From Candidatus Daviesbacteria bacterium (lineage in GTDB: Bacteria; Patescibacteriota; Microgenomatia; Daviesbacterales; UBA10151), in assembly GCA_028687915.1 (NCBI GenBank), contig JAQTZF010000001.1, positions 290,634 through 354,633 of the forward strand: 64,000 nt of DNA, read 5' to 3'. Numbering within the stretch: the first letter of the stretch is position 1; each line of letters opens with the position of its first letter. Under the pieces are notes generated by a model. That model was not told where the DNA came from, searched no databases, and saw nothing but the letters and a program-made list of their open reading frames with translations. Made by a program: the position numbers and the translations under genes. Below are positions 44,971-54,502 of this stretch, in pieces.

Positions 44971-46839
44971 TTATTGTCCCAGCATTTTTCCGAGCAGGGG
45001 AATCTGCCTGAGAAGCGCTCTCATCCCTCCGTTGCCGTTTGCTGCTGGATTGGCTGGTGCTGGTGCAGGTGCTGGCAATGCTCCAGTTGGTGGTGTTGCA
45101 GCTGCAGGTTCTTCTTTGCCTGCCTCTTGCGCTTCGTCATCCTCTCCGAGTAAAAGCTCGATATAAGAATCAAGGTCTAATTCTTCCAGGAGCATCGTCT
45201 GCAGCGTTCTCTTTCTCTTGAGCCAGCGTTTTACTTCCTCTGCATTCTGCGGATCGGGTTTGTCCTGGGCAATGAGCTTGTCGTAGAGCATTAAAATTTG
45301 ATTGATCCTGGCTGTTTGATCAGGAGGAATGACTGGATCGACTTCGACGATGGCGTCGACTTTTACCTTTTTGTCGCTGTTCTTAAATTCCTTGAATTCA
45401 ACCTCCTCACCGACGACGCGGTAGAGTTTGTCCTCACTGATAAATTCGCGGTTCATGTCGATCAGGATGTTTGCCACTAAGGTGAGAGCGATGGCGATAT
45501 TGTTGGCGTTCATGCTCAGGCGCAGGTTGCTCTGACCGAGTAGGGTTGCCACCTTGCCGAGAGGTTCTTGAGCGCTCTGTGGCATGCCTTGCATGTATTC
45601 GCCCATTGCCAGGGTGCGGGAGATTTCGTCGCGCATCATCTTGTCTTCATTGATACCCATGAGGCTGATTTCAGGCGGTCTCTCGATTGCAGCGTCATCC
45701 AATTTTCTCAATTCCCAAACTGCTCCAGGAGCAAAGACAATATCGTTTTTGGTGATGCCAGAGTCTTTGCGGATTTTAACCACAGGATCGAGCATCATAA
45801 TAACATCGTCCATGCGCTGATTGCGAAGGTCGGCGATCTCCAGGATCGTGGTTTCGACTGGTTCGATGTGTCCTGTTGCCCAGAATTCCCAAAGGAGTGG
45901 CATGTCAGGCAGATCGACGAAGATGCGCCCGCCATTGATTGCAAGATAAGGATTCTCATCGTCGCGAGTGAGTATTTCCTGGTTCATAATGACGACCAGT
46001 TTGTCTTCTTCCCAGTCCCAGCATTCCCAGATTTCAACTTGCTTCTCACCATCAGCTTTTTCAGGTAGGATTTTGCTCTCTCCAGATTCGTTTTCTTTTT
46101 CGCCTCCGCCCATCTGTGCCATTTTCTTGGCGTTGATTTCGTAGCGCTCTTTCTTCCAGTCCTCGACAGACTTATCCTCTACAAACTCCAGATTCTTATA
46201 AATCGTATTCTCACCCCTGGCTTTTTCTTCCTTCTCAATTTTTGCTTTCTTTTTGACAATGCGGTGAATCAACCAGGGACAGTCTTCTTGCAGGTCAGTG
46301 GTTTCAGGAGCGGGGAGAATATCCCACAGGTCGGTGAGGCTCATGCTGGGGTCGTCGTAGATTGTGCTGACTTTGCCTTCGCCATCGGTTGTCGTCAAAA
46401 TCTTCCATGCCAATTTGACGATGCCGTTGCCATAGAGAGTGGATGCTTCAATCCAGTTCGGGAGTTTCTTTGCCAGCTCGATAATGTCGAAATCATAATT
46501 CACCAGATCATCCCAGGAATTAAGAGAGGGAGATTTAAGATCAGCTTTTTCTCTAGGCAGGATTCTGGTTTTGCGCTTTGCTGTTGCCAACCTGGAAACC
46601 ACAGTCTTGACGATTTCGAAGGCAATCGGAGGCATCAAGCGGGTGTTATATGCGTAGTTGACCTTGCTCTGATAAGCACGAAACAACTGATAAAGCCTCA
46701 ACCATTTTGACTGGTAAGGATCGCGAAATTCTTTTGCTCTTTTGAACCTCTTTTTCCATTTCTCGATCAGTGTTGTGTCTGCTTCCGTTGGTTCATAGCG
46801 CCCAGATTGTGTGATTTTTTCTTCTTTTACTTCTGGCAT
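44971..46839 (-). CDS. portal protein candidate
   Basis: 622 aa. Lies upstream of the scaffold and capsid genes. The C-terminus is Pro/Ala-rich. Confidence 0.55.
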   Translation of the reverse strand: MPEVKEEKITQSGRYEPTEADTTLIEKWKKRFKRAKEFRDPYQSKWLRLYQLFRAYQSKVNYAYNTRLMPPIAFEIVKTVVSRLATAKRKTRILPREKADLKSPSLNSWDDLVNYDFDIIELAKKLPNWIEASTLYGNGIVKLAWKILTTTDGEGKVSTIYDDPSMSLTDLWDILPAPETTDLQEDCPWLIHRIVKKKAKIEKEEKARGENTIYKNLEFVEDKSVEDWKKERYEINAKKMAQMGGGEKENESGESKILPEKADGEKQVEIWECWDWEEDKLVVIMNQEILTRDDENPYLAINGGRIFVDLPDMPLLWEFWATGHIEPVETTILEIADLRNQRMDDVIMMLDPVVKIRKDSGITKNDIVFAPGAVWELRKLDDAAIERPPEISLMGINEDKMMRDEISRTLAMGEYMQGMPQSAQEPLGKVATLLGQSNLRLSMNANNIAIALTLVANILIDMNREFISEDKLYRVVGEEVEFKEFKNSDKKVKVDAIVEVDPVIPPDQTARINQILMLYDKLIAQDKPDPQNAEEVKRWLKRKRTLQTMLLEELDLDSYIELLLGEDDEAQEAGKEEPAAATPPTGALPAPAPAPANPAANGNGGMRALLRQIPLLGKMLGQ

Positions 46840-47055
46840 ATGATTTTTTCCAACAAAAAAGGGGCTTAGGTTTTCCTACTCTTTCGAATAGAGAAACCTA
46901 AGCCCCGATAAATTCGTTAGGCGGTTACTTTACTAAATCCATTCTAACAAAGATCAAACAAAAAATGCAAGTGGTTTTAACGAGAGACCAGTTTTTGCTT
47001 TATGCTGGGTAGAAGTGATTCTACCCAGAGAAAAGAAAAAACAAGCGCTTGCTTT

Positions 47056-47442
47056 TTATTCTCTAGAGCCTTTGGCTTTTCGAGCTTCTTCTCTAACTTC
47101 TTGCATAAACTGTTTGGCTTGTGCTGCAACTTCGGCATCTGGAGTAACAGTCTCTATTACTCGGTCAAAATACATTGACATTATCCCCTGAACTTGTGGT
47201 GGATAATCTCTCAAAGTGTCGTAGCTCGCTAATTCCCAAGCCATCGCTAGTCCAGCTCCTACCTTTTCTGAATCTGCTACAGACCCAACAAAAGCATCAA
47301 ACATTCTATCGCTTTGTGGTGTCATGCCATAGATGCCTGCTTCTTTCAACTTTCCTATCATTTGATCTCTACCTGGCATCTGCGCAACTTTCATTTCTGG
47401 TTTAGCTGGTTGCTCTGGTCTAACAGTTGGAATTTCTGACAT
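47056..47442 (-). CDS. hypothetical protein
   Basis: 128-aa ORF. Confidence 0.4.
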   Translation of the reverse strand: MSEIPTVRPEQPAKPEMKVAQMPGRDQMIGKLKEAGIYGMTPQSDRMFDAFVGSVADSEKVGAGLAMAWELASYDTLRDYPPQVQGIMSMYFDRVIETVTPDAEVAAQAKQFMQEVREEARKAKGSRE

Positions 47443-47539
47443 ATTTGTATTTCACCCCCTTTCTATATTCTCAATTTATAATGAGATTGATTAGGCATAT
47501 TATAGCAAAAAAACCACTTAACGGAAGATATTTATCCCT

Positions 47540-48532
47540 TTATATCGACTCGCAGGCTACTCCGTCACCAACTCCCACCGAGTCGAGCTTCATGGGATCA
47601 TTGGTTGCAGTGAATCCGCAGCAATCGAAAAATGCCTGGGCTTCAGCATGAGATGAGAAGTCAGAACAATCTCGATCTGGGCTGCTGCAAGAGTATTTAC
47701 ACGATCCGCCTGATGTCGTTTGCTGCTGGGTCTGTTGTGCAGGAGGCGCTGTAGTCGGTTTTGCAGTTGGTTTGGCTGTTGCGACTGGGCAAGCATTGTC
47801 TGCCCAGAGTCCCTTTTTGCCTTGCTCTGCTTCTTTTTGTGCCTGTTTATATGCTGCCTGATATTTATAGGGGGTATTGTAGGTGTATTCGTAAGCGAAG
47901 CCAGTGGCAATCATTACTTTGCCGAAGTCCACTGTGCCATCATCCGTCCACACATACCGCAAAAGTCGATTATATTTATCTCTTTCTCCCTGGATGGGAT
48001 CGGATTCGAGCAGGACTGTTTCGCCAGTGAGATTTTCCTTCGCGACTGCAGAGGCTTTTTCACCGAAGCATTCAACTGGCTTCCTGGGATCGACTGTCTC
48101 TGGTGTGTTGATACCTATAAATCTGATCGTCTCTGCTTTTCCGTTGATTGAGACATCGATGGTGTCGCCGTCGACGACTCTGGTTATCTTTGCACTTTGT
48201 CTGGTATCAGCTGGTGAGGGTGTAGCAGTAGGAGTCGATTCTTTGACTTCAACCGCAGCCGTTTGAGCTTCTGGAGTAGGAGTGACTTGCGCTTGCTCGT
48301 TTGTTTTCGTGTTCGATGGGGAGTTTACTGCAGAGACCCAGGCGCTGCCAAAGAATATGGTAAAAAGCGCGATCACTGCCAGGAGAGAATACTTTAATTT
48401 TGGTTTGCTGACCTTTTTATACACCAACCAACCGAGTCCGAGACCGATTGCAAAGGGGAAGAATGCCAGGGCGAGAATCCCGACGAGAGGAATTGTAATC
48501 AGTTTTCGCTTGCCTTCAAATAGTTTTTTCAT
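47540..48532 (-). CDS. secreted staphylococcal-nuclease (SNase/thermonuclease)-like nuclease with C-terminal Excalibur Ca-binding domain
   Basis: N-terminal TM/signal anchor. SNase core residues lie in …RVVDGDTIDV…IRFIGINTPE…YNRLLRYVW…. The C-terminal DRDCSDF…CC motif matches Excalibur. Confidence 0.7.
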   Translation of the reverse strand: MKKLFEGKRKLITIPLVGILALAFFPFAIGLGLGWLVYKKVSKPKLKYSLLAVIALFTIFFGSAWVSAVNSPSNTKTNEQAQVTPTPEAQTAAVEVKESTPTATPSPADTRQSAKITRVVDGDTIDVSINGKAETIRFIGINTPETVDPRKPVECFGEKASAVAKENLTGETVLLESDPIQGERDKYNRLLRYVWTDDGTVDFGKVMIATGFAYEYTYNTPYKYQAAYKQAQKEAEQGKKGLWADNACPVATAKPTAKPTTAPPAQQTQQQTTSGGSCKYSCSSPDRDCSDFSSHAEAQAFFDCCGFTATNDPMKLDSVGVGDGVACESI

Positions 48533-48640
48533 TCGTGTTCCTGATTTTGCCTGGATTGTAGGCTATTTATAACAATATATCAATCCAACCGATCTAGCCC
48601 CTTGCCTGGGGGCTAGACCTTAAACACCCGCGACTCTGGT

Positions 48641-49378
48641 CTAGTTTCCGTTCTTTCGCAGGTCGTAAGTGTCGTTGTCAAAGACGACGATCTGACCGCC
48701 TCTGGTGATGGTTATATTGACCAGTTCAGTCGTTTTGCCGTTTGCGTCTTTGTTTCTCCAGGTGAAGAAGTAATTGACTTTTTCTCCTGGTGTGATGCCG
48801 TCTCCGCCATCCTTTGTGCCTTCGTATTGCCTGGTCATCTTAGAAACATCGACTCCTAAGATTGCCTTGTGATCGGCAATAAACTTCTCGGCGACAGTGG
48901 CTGCTTCCTCCGCATTGTAGCGAGGAGTGTAGTCATAGACAGGTCTGGTATCCGTTGCACTTTCTCTCTGTCCCTGTCCCAATTCGACAATGTTATTGCC
49001 AGCTGGATCAACAATAAATGACCAGCCTTCAGAGGTGTAATACTCAAAAGAACCTCTGCCACAGTCAAAATTGACAGTAAATTCTTTGCTGACTGTAGGA
49101 TACATTGCGTGTAAGAACTCTCGAACATTGGCAACCGCCTGCTGGCGATCTGCTTCAGGTCGAGCAGCCAGATTGCAGTAGTCTGTCTTTGCTGTCTTAT
49201 ATTCGACAGACTCTTTGTCCTTGATACTATCGAGACGAGCTTGTGCTGCAGCAACCTGCTCCGCTTTGGTGTCCTCAACTGCTGCCACAGTTTCGCTTGC
49301 TTTATCCTTTTGGGTAAAAGCAAACACTCCTAGAGCGATCACTGCTATTGCTCCGATTAAGATTAGCTTTCCTTTCAT
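48641..49378 (-). CDS. secreted hypothetical protein (signal peptide)
   Basis: 245 aa with an N-terminal signal-like hydrophobic segment. Confidence 0.45.
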   Translation of the reverse strand: MKGKLILIGAIAVIALGVFAFTQKDKASETVAAVEDTKAEQVAAAQARLDSIKDKESVEYKTAKTDYCNLAARPEADRQQAVANVREFLHAMYPTVSKEFTVNFDCGRGSFEYYTSEGWSFIVDPAGNNIVELGQGQRESATDTRPVYDYTPRYNAEEAATVAEKFIADHKAILGVDVSKMTRQYEGTKDGGDGITPGEKVNYFFTWRNKDANGKTTELVNITITRGGQIVVFDNDTYDLRKNGN

Positions 49379-50514
49379 TCGTTCTCACCTCCTTTCAATA
49401 GATAATTTTTAATGTTTTGTAGGTGTTCTTCGTAAGTGACTGCACAGTGAATCTGTCTGTTTGAATCGTGCAGGTAGTATAAGCAGTCAGTTTCCTCTGA
49501 GTTTAAGACGGCATCGATGGCATCGATTCCTGGGTTTGAGATCGGGAAGGGTGGAAGTCCTGCGTATTTATAGGTGTTATATTTTGAATCGATCTCTTTG
49601 TCTGCCACAGTGATCGGCTTCCAGAAGCCTGTGGTCAGCTCGTCGCGATCATCCCTGGCATATTGCACAGTGGCATCAACTTCGAGCTTCATATTCTTGA
49701 GCAATCGATTCCAAAGGATTCCCGCGATCAGTGGCATGTCGCTTTTGCCTCCTGCTTCCCGCTGCACTATCGAGGCAATTTTGAGAGCCGTTGTCCATTT
49801 GACATCCTGCTTCAGGAACTTGGTCATGTAGGGAGCAAACTGCTCGTCAAAGCGCCTGCGGAGACGATTGGCTGCGTCCAGTCCGTTCTCGTCAGTAGGT
49901 ATAAGGTATGTATCAGGGAAGTAGACACCCTCCAGGTGATCGTAGTCCATTGCGGTGTAGGTATAAGTCCATTCGTGCAGCGCCTTCTCATCCCATCCGA
50001 GAGCCTTTGCCAGGCGTTCTCCGATTTCTTCTTTCCTCAATCCTTCAGGAATAGTGACCCAGACGAGAGCTGGTTTATCCGCGACTGTTTTTGCGAGAGT
50101 CCAGGCATCCATGCTCTTGCTGATTCGGTAACCTCCTGCATCGATCTTGCTGTCAGTTTTGGTGAGGGCATAGTCGAAAGCCCAGGCGTTCTTTATAAAT
50201 CCCTGGCTGAGTAGTTTATCCTTGATGTCTTTCTGCTCAGCGACTGTGCTGACGACGAAGACTTCTGACTCTGCTTGTTTTTGTGGTGCGCTAAAAAGAG
50301 AATTGAAGTAGTAGACAGCCCCGCCTCCGATAATAAGCAGCGCTGCAATAACGATGAGGAGAATTTTTGCGAGAGAACTTTTTCTCACACGATCAAGAGG
50401 ATTGCCGAATTTCTTCTCCAGCTGATCTTTATATCTCAGCTCGTCCTCACTGAGAGGGAGGACTTTTGATGGGCTTACGCTAGTTTTTGTCATTTTACTT
50501 TTTGATAATTCCAT
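49375..50514 (-). CDS. MltG/YceG-like endolytic murein transglycosylase homologue
   Basis: N-terminal TM anchor. Family motifs include …YLHDSNRQIHCAVTYEEH…, FPDTYLIP and …GLPPFPISNPG…. Confidence 0.65.
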   Translation of the reverse strand: MELSKSKMTKTSVSPSKVLPLSEDELRYKDQLEKKFGNPLDRVRKSSLAKILLIVIAALLIIGGGAVYYFNSLFSAPQKQAESEVFVVSTVAEQKDIKDKLLSQGFIKNAWAFDYALTKTDSKIDAGGYRISKSMDAWTLAKTVADKPALVWVTIPEGLRKEEIGERLAKALGWDEKALHEWTYTYTAMDYDHLEGVYFPDTYLIPTDENGLDAANRLRRRFDEQFAPYMTKFLKQDVKWTTALKIASIVQREAGGKSDMPLIAGILWNRLLKNMKLEVDATVQYARDDRDELTTGFWKPITVADKEIDSKYNTYKYAGLPPFPISNPGIDAIDAVLNSEETDCLYYLHDSNRQIHCAVTYEEHLQNIKNYLLKGGENE

Positions 50515-50674
50515 AAGCTATTTTGCCCAGGAGGGCGATTGTAAATAAGAACACTAAATCTTTGCCGATAGGGTTATCAAAGCCCAGTGCGATGACTGCA
50601 AAGAATCCACAGAAGGCAAGCAGCCAGAGCCAGTAACCGACGGCATCACCGATAAAACTTAGGACTGCTTTCAT
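50495..50674 (-). CDS. small membrane protein (59 aa, two TM helices)
   Basis: Self-called. ATG overlaps the TGA of the upstream HTH gene (ATGA overlap). Confidence 0.35.
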   Translation of the reverse strand: MKAVLSFIGDAVGYWLWLLAFCGFFAVIALGFDNPIGKDLVFLFTIALLGKIAYGIIKK

Positions 50675-50865
50675 TTCTGATTCCTCCCTTCCAGTAGTTT
50701 CTCGACATCCTCCCTGCGGTAGCGCCTGTCGCCTCTACTGCCAAAGCGAATCGCTTTGAGGATACCTTTGGCATCCCATTGGCGCAGGGTATTCGGGTGG
50801 ACATTGAGCATCTCACTGACTTCGCTCATTTTCAAAAGATCAGATTGTTTAGTTTGTTTTGCCAT
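50671..50865 (-). CDS. excisionase-family (MerR-like) HTH DNA-binding protein; Xis candidate
   Basis: 64 aa. LKMSEVSEMLNVHPNTLRQWDAKGILKAIRFGSRGDRRYRREDVEKLL matches the excisionase-family HTH consensus. Confidence 0.55.
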   Translation of the reverse strand: MAKQTKQSDLLKMSEVSEMLNVHPNTLRQWDAKGILKAIRFGSRGDRRYRREDVEKLLEGRNQK

Positions 50866-51059
50866 AGTTATTCTGTTTTGTCTCCAGCCCTAAGACCTTC
50901 TCTCAAAGCATTCAGAGACGCTTTAGCATCGCGATCAGCCTGCTCTTTCCGTTCTTTCTTGCTGCCATTATCAAGCATCTTGTCCAGGCGGGCGAGCTGT
51001 TTATCCGAAACTTCCTTTGATTTTGAATGATTTAATAACATACTATTACTTTACATTAT

Positions 51060-51287
51060 CTACATTCCCTTGTCAAGTCCTTCGGTTTCTGCAGGTTGTT
51101 TTTCTGGTTCTGGTTGCGGGGGAAGTTTGCCAAAGCGTCGCTCATATTCCCGCTGATCATGGTAGGTCATTGCTGCCCACCGACCATTGCGAAGTTTAAT
51201 CGGATCGCGGTGTTCATTGCTGCGCCAGCATCCCTCCTTGCAGCTTTCGAGGGTAGGATATGTCCTGAAGAAGTGTTTTTGTTGCAT
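51060..51287 (-). CDS. hypothetical small protein
   Basis: 75-aa ORF. Confidence 0.3.
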   Translation of the reverse strand: MQQKHFFRTYPTLESCKEGCWRSNEHRDPIKLRNGRWAAMTYHDQREYERRFGKLPPQPEPEKQPAETEGLDKGM

Positions 51288-51420
51288 ATACTTTTTAATT
51301 TTTAACTTGGTGGCTGGGTCTGGTTAGTTTCCCCGAATTAAGGCAATCTCCTATTACGCAGGAGACGACTGGAGACTGCCAGTCCAGAGTCTAACCCCTG
51401 CTTTTGCCAGTCGCCACCAC

Positions 51421-51642
51421 CTATATTTCAATACCTGTCGGCTTCGGCGTATCTCCCGCGCTTCCACCATCCTCTGGATCGATGCGTTTCTGCTCGATCA
51501 TCTCTTTGCGGAAGGGTTTGCCGTCGCTGATAAAGATAACGACTCTACCGAATTTCACTCGGCGAATGTCTTCAAGGATAGCCAGCTCTGCTTTGGTTAC
51601 CTTGACCTCTTTGACTGGTATGAATTTATTTGTTTGGCTCAT
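51421..51642 (-). CDS. hypothetical small protein (YezD/DUF2292-like?)
   Basis: 73 aa. Overlaps the terminase stop. Confidence 0.35.
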   Translation of the reverse strand: MSQTNKFIPVKEVKVTKAELAILEDIRRVKFGRVVIFISDGKPFRKEMIEQKRIDPEDGGSAGDTPKPTGIEI

Positions 51643-53185
51643 ATTTATTGCGTTTTTTTAATGCGATCTGCCAGTAGACCAGCGCCAGGAAGAAGTCATC
51701 CGCGCCAGTGTTTGCCCATTCCCGCTTCGTCTGTCCGAACTTGTCAGTCACATTGCGGGCATAGAGAGTTTGGGCATGCTGAATCAGCATTTTGAAGTTA
51801 GGACTGTCGACTTTCATTGCGAATTTAATCTCACCGCGTCTGAGCGCTGAGATCGTGTCGTCGATGATTCTGGTGCGGGAGGAGTAAACCTTCACCTCGT
51901 CAGTCAGTTCTTTGTCTTTGCCTTCCTCCTCATCGAAGAAGCGCACCACTTCGAGCATTTTGGGATCATCCTTAAACCAGTTGAGATATACCCTGTAGGG
52001 GAATTCTTTTGCCAGTGTCCAGGCTTCTTCGGTGTAAGGCTGCCCATCGATTACGACGACTCTGATGTCGTAGAACTTTATAAGGTCTGCTGCCTGCTGG
52101 AAGCGATCATGCCCTGGCTTGTCGGTCAATATACCGATCCAGAAGATTCCTTTTTTATTGCCGATGATGCAGTGGTTGCCTTTGCCCGATCCTTTGCCAG
52201 TATCAATGCCCATGACATTCCATTCTTCGCTGGTGTCGGCTGACTCCTCAGTTATATTGCGCATAAACAGGCTTTGTGGAATTTTTTGATCAGCTGCCAG
52301 GTAAGGAAGACCGAGACAGAAGTTATAAAAATAGGTGTCGTCGTCGGCATCGATGCGCTCCTGGATGAGGTCTGCTGCAGTCTTCCAGGGAACTTGCATC
52401 TGGCTGATCCAGTAGCCAGAAATCACTCTGCCTGGGAAGCGTGCCTCCCAACTGCCCAGCTCGTTGATCTGCTGCGGTGTGATTTCTTTTTTGCATTCCT
52501 GGCAGACATAAATCCCGCGATCTTCATCGACATTCTTTTCCCATTCCATGTGCTGACGGAAGCCACAGTGCGGGCAGTTGAAGCGCCAGTGCTTTTGATC
52601 TGACTGATCAAAGAGTTTATTGATGCCGTAGTCGGGAATGGTAGGAGTAGAAAAATAGTGCTGACTTCTTATTTTTGAAAAGCCCATACGAGAAGCAAAA
52701 TCACGGACGACTTCGGGCTTTGACTTGTCCAGCTCATCGTGGATGTTTCGATCTGAAGACAGCATGATGGCTTCGCGCTCGGTGAATGTTCCTTTGAAAA
52801 AGACGAATGACTTGCCGATTTCTTTTTGCTCGATTGAGTCGGTGCTTTTGGGATTGACCCCCTCCTGGATGCACTCGTTTACTTTGATGATTCTATTGAC
52901 CTTACTTTGCACGAATTTGAGAACATCGTCACCAGTGGGTAGGGTATAAATCTGGTTGATTCCCCAGTAGCGGGCAGCATGAAGGGTGCGGATGATCTCC
53001 ATTGTGCTTGCGCCCACCTGGGAGGCTTTCTGGATGACCTGAATGGGTGTGCGGTCAGCATAAAGATCGAGCATGAAGCGGTGATCCTGGAACTCAATCG
53101 GCTCGCCGTTTTCATTCTTGACCTTATTGTCCAGAATCCAGTGCAGGACGCTGATTTTATTTTTGTTTACTTGTTTTTCTTCCAT
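51626..53185 (-). CDS. terminase large subunit
   Basis: 519 aa. N-terminal ATPase Walker A-like QKASQVGAST. C-terminal nuclease-like acidic residues. Preceded by a small-subunit candidate. Confidence 0.75.
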   Translation of the reverse strand: MEEKQVNKNKISVLHWILDNKVKNENGEPIEFQDHRFMLDLYADRTPIQVIQKASQVGASTMEIIRTLHAARYWGINQIYTLPTGDDVLKFVQSKVNRIIKVNECIQEGVNPKSTDSIEQKEIGKSFVFFKGTFTEREAIMLSSDRNIHDELDKSKPEVVRDFASRMGFSKIRSQHYFSTPTIPDYGINKLFDQSDQKHWRFNCPHCGFRQHMEWEKNVDEDRGIYVCQECKKEITPQQINELGSWEARFPGRVISGYWISQMQVPWKTAADLIQERIDADDDTYFYNFCLGLPYLAADQKIPQSLFMRNITEESADTSEEWNVMGIDTGKGSGKGNHCIIGNKKGIFWIGILTDKPGHDRFQQAADLIKFYDIRVVVIDGQPYTEEAWTLAKEFPYRVYLNWFKDDPKMLEVVRFFDEEEGKDKELTDEVKVYSSRTRIIDDTISALRRGEIKFAMKVDSPNFKMLIQHAQTLYARNVTDKFGQTKREWANTGADDFFLALVYWQIALKKRNKYEPNK

Positions 53186-53756
53186 AGTGGTTTTTGATCA
53201 ACTGATCAATCTCTTTGCCGATTTCGTTTTCCTCCGAAGTAGGAGGCAGCTGCTCTTTCTCATCGATATAATGAGAGACGATAGTTTTCCCAGTAGCTTC
53301 GCCGAACTCTGTCCTGTGCATTTCCCAGAGGTATTTGACATCGAGGACAGTCACATCGGTTTTCTTTGCCTCCCTGCGCAGTTTTTTCAATTTCGAAACA
53401 AGAACATCAGTGACCAGGAATTTTCGCTGCAATCGGAATCGGTCAGTCTCTTGCTTCAGATCGGTGAGTTCTTCCGTGAGCTGCAATTCTGTCCTATCAA
53501 CCCAGCGATATTTTCTCGACCACCTTTCAATCGTTGACTCTGCGGGTTTCTTGCCCAGTCGACTTGTGAATTCCGCCCCCATATCGCCATCGTCCTGCCC
53601 CCAGTTTCTGAGAACCTTTCTTAGGCTGCCGACTTCCACATACAAAAGCCATGCACAATACTGCTGCTCAGTTTCACCTGGCATTTTTTCTGTCGTCAGT
53701 GTCGGCTTTATTGCTGGCACTATTTTCTTTTTAATTTTGGTTTGTTTTTTAGCCAT
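53157..53756 (-). CDS. terminase small subunit candidate
   Basis: 199 aa, basic/helical. Overlaps the large-subunit start. Confidence 0.45.
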   Translation of the reverse strand: MAKKQTKIKKKIVPAIKPTLTTEKMPGETEQQYCAWLLYVEVGSLRKVLRNWGQDDGDMGAEFTSRLGKKPAESTIERWSRKYRWVDRTELQLTEELTDLKQETDRFRLQRKFLVTDVLVSKLKKLRREAKKTDVTVLDVKYLWEMHRTEFGEATGKTIVSHYIDEKEQLPPTSEENEIGKEIDQLIKNHYGRKTSKQK

Positions 53757-53928
53757 ATTTTCTTAAAAACTTTGTGATCATCCGCACCAGCCAAAGCCAG
53801 GATCGCTCCCACCAGCTGAGTCCTTCCTTTGGCAGCGGTTTGATTTCGCGTTTGCTCTGCTCACTCTCAAGGTGAGGTGAGATATAGTCTTCCTTCAATA
53901 GTGGTGGTATAGGTTTAAGGTCTATCAT
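53753..53928 (-). CDS. hypothetical micro-protein (about 59 aa)
   Basis: Self-called. TAA overlaps the terS ATG (ATGGCTAA). Coordinates are +/-1 because of the local display inconsistency. Confidence 0.3.
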
Positions 53929-54076
53929 GGCTTGCTTGTTGAATCCGCTTTAACTCCCGCGCGATTTCGTCCCGCTGCGGGGAAGTGAGCGCTCGATAAT
54001 TTCTTTTGACCACCTCGAAAGGTAGCCCTAGACTGACTGCGAGTTTTCGCAGCAATTTAACTTTCTTTTGGTTCAT
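53925..54076 (-). CDS. hypothetical micro-protein (about 50 aa)
   Basis: Self-called. ATGA overlap with the downstream ORF. Coordinates +/-1. Confidence 0.3.
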
Positions 54077-54254
54077 GTTTGATTCCGATTTTGTAACCTG
54101 CTGCTTGGGCGCATTCTTTGCACACCCTCGCTTTGTATTTGACCTCTGGCATTCTCACGCCATTGACTATCGGAGTTTCTGTCATAACCACGCTGTAGGA
54201 CTTGTAAAGCCCGACGACTTTATCGCACCCCACGCATCGCACTACTTGTTTCAC
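54057..54254 (-). CDS. small zinc-ribbon protein (two CxxC pairs)
   Basis: 65 aa with CVGC…CKEC. Confidence 0.4.
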   Translation of the reverse strand: MKQVVRCVGCDKVVGLYKSYSVVMTETPIVNGVRMPEVKYKARVCKECAQAAGYKIGIKHEPKES

Positions 54255-54502
54255 GGATTCTCACCTCCTTTTAGTGTTTTAATTTCTAACCAGTTTTCAA
54301 TATCGCAGTTGTCTCCAGCTTCATTGCGATCAATCGCCTGAGTGATTTCTTCCTGAATCTGTTTTTGTGTGTGTCCGTCAATTTCTACCCAGTGGTTTTT
54401 TAGATAATCGACTACCAATGAAACCGCACCAGTGCGCCTTCCCAGCGCGTAGCGGAATGCAAAAAATAGAATGTCGATGTCTTCTTTGTTTAGTTTTGTC
54501 AT
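54251..54502 (-). CDS. hypothetical protein
   Basis: Trimmed to Met MTKLNK…, whose ATG overlaps the upstream gene's TGA. The track ORF extends to 54676. Confidence 0.4.
   Translation of the reverse strand: MTKLNKEDIDILFFAFRYALGRRTGAVSLVVDYLKNHWVEIDGHTQKQIQEEITQAIDRNEAGDNCDIENWLEIKTLKGGENP

Noticed and set aside
53690-53710. Apparent single-base insertion in the displayed text (CAGTTGTCGG versus expected CAGTGTCGG) that would frameshift terS
   Set aside because: The provided ORF track reads straight through (…KPTLTTEKMPG…), and a compensating 1-nt discrepancy occurs before 54006. I treat it as a display inconsistency, not a pseudogene. My small-ORF coordinates between about 53750 and 54080 are +/-1.
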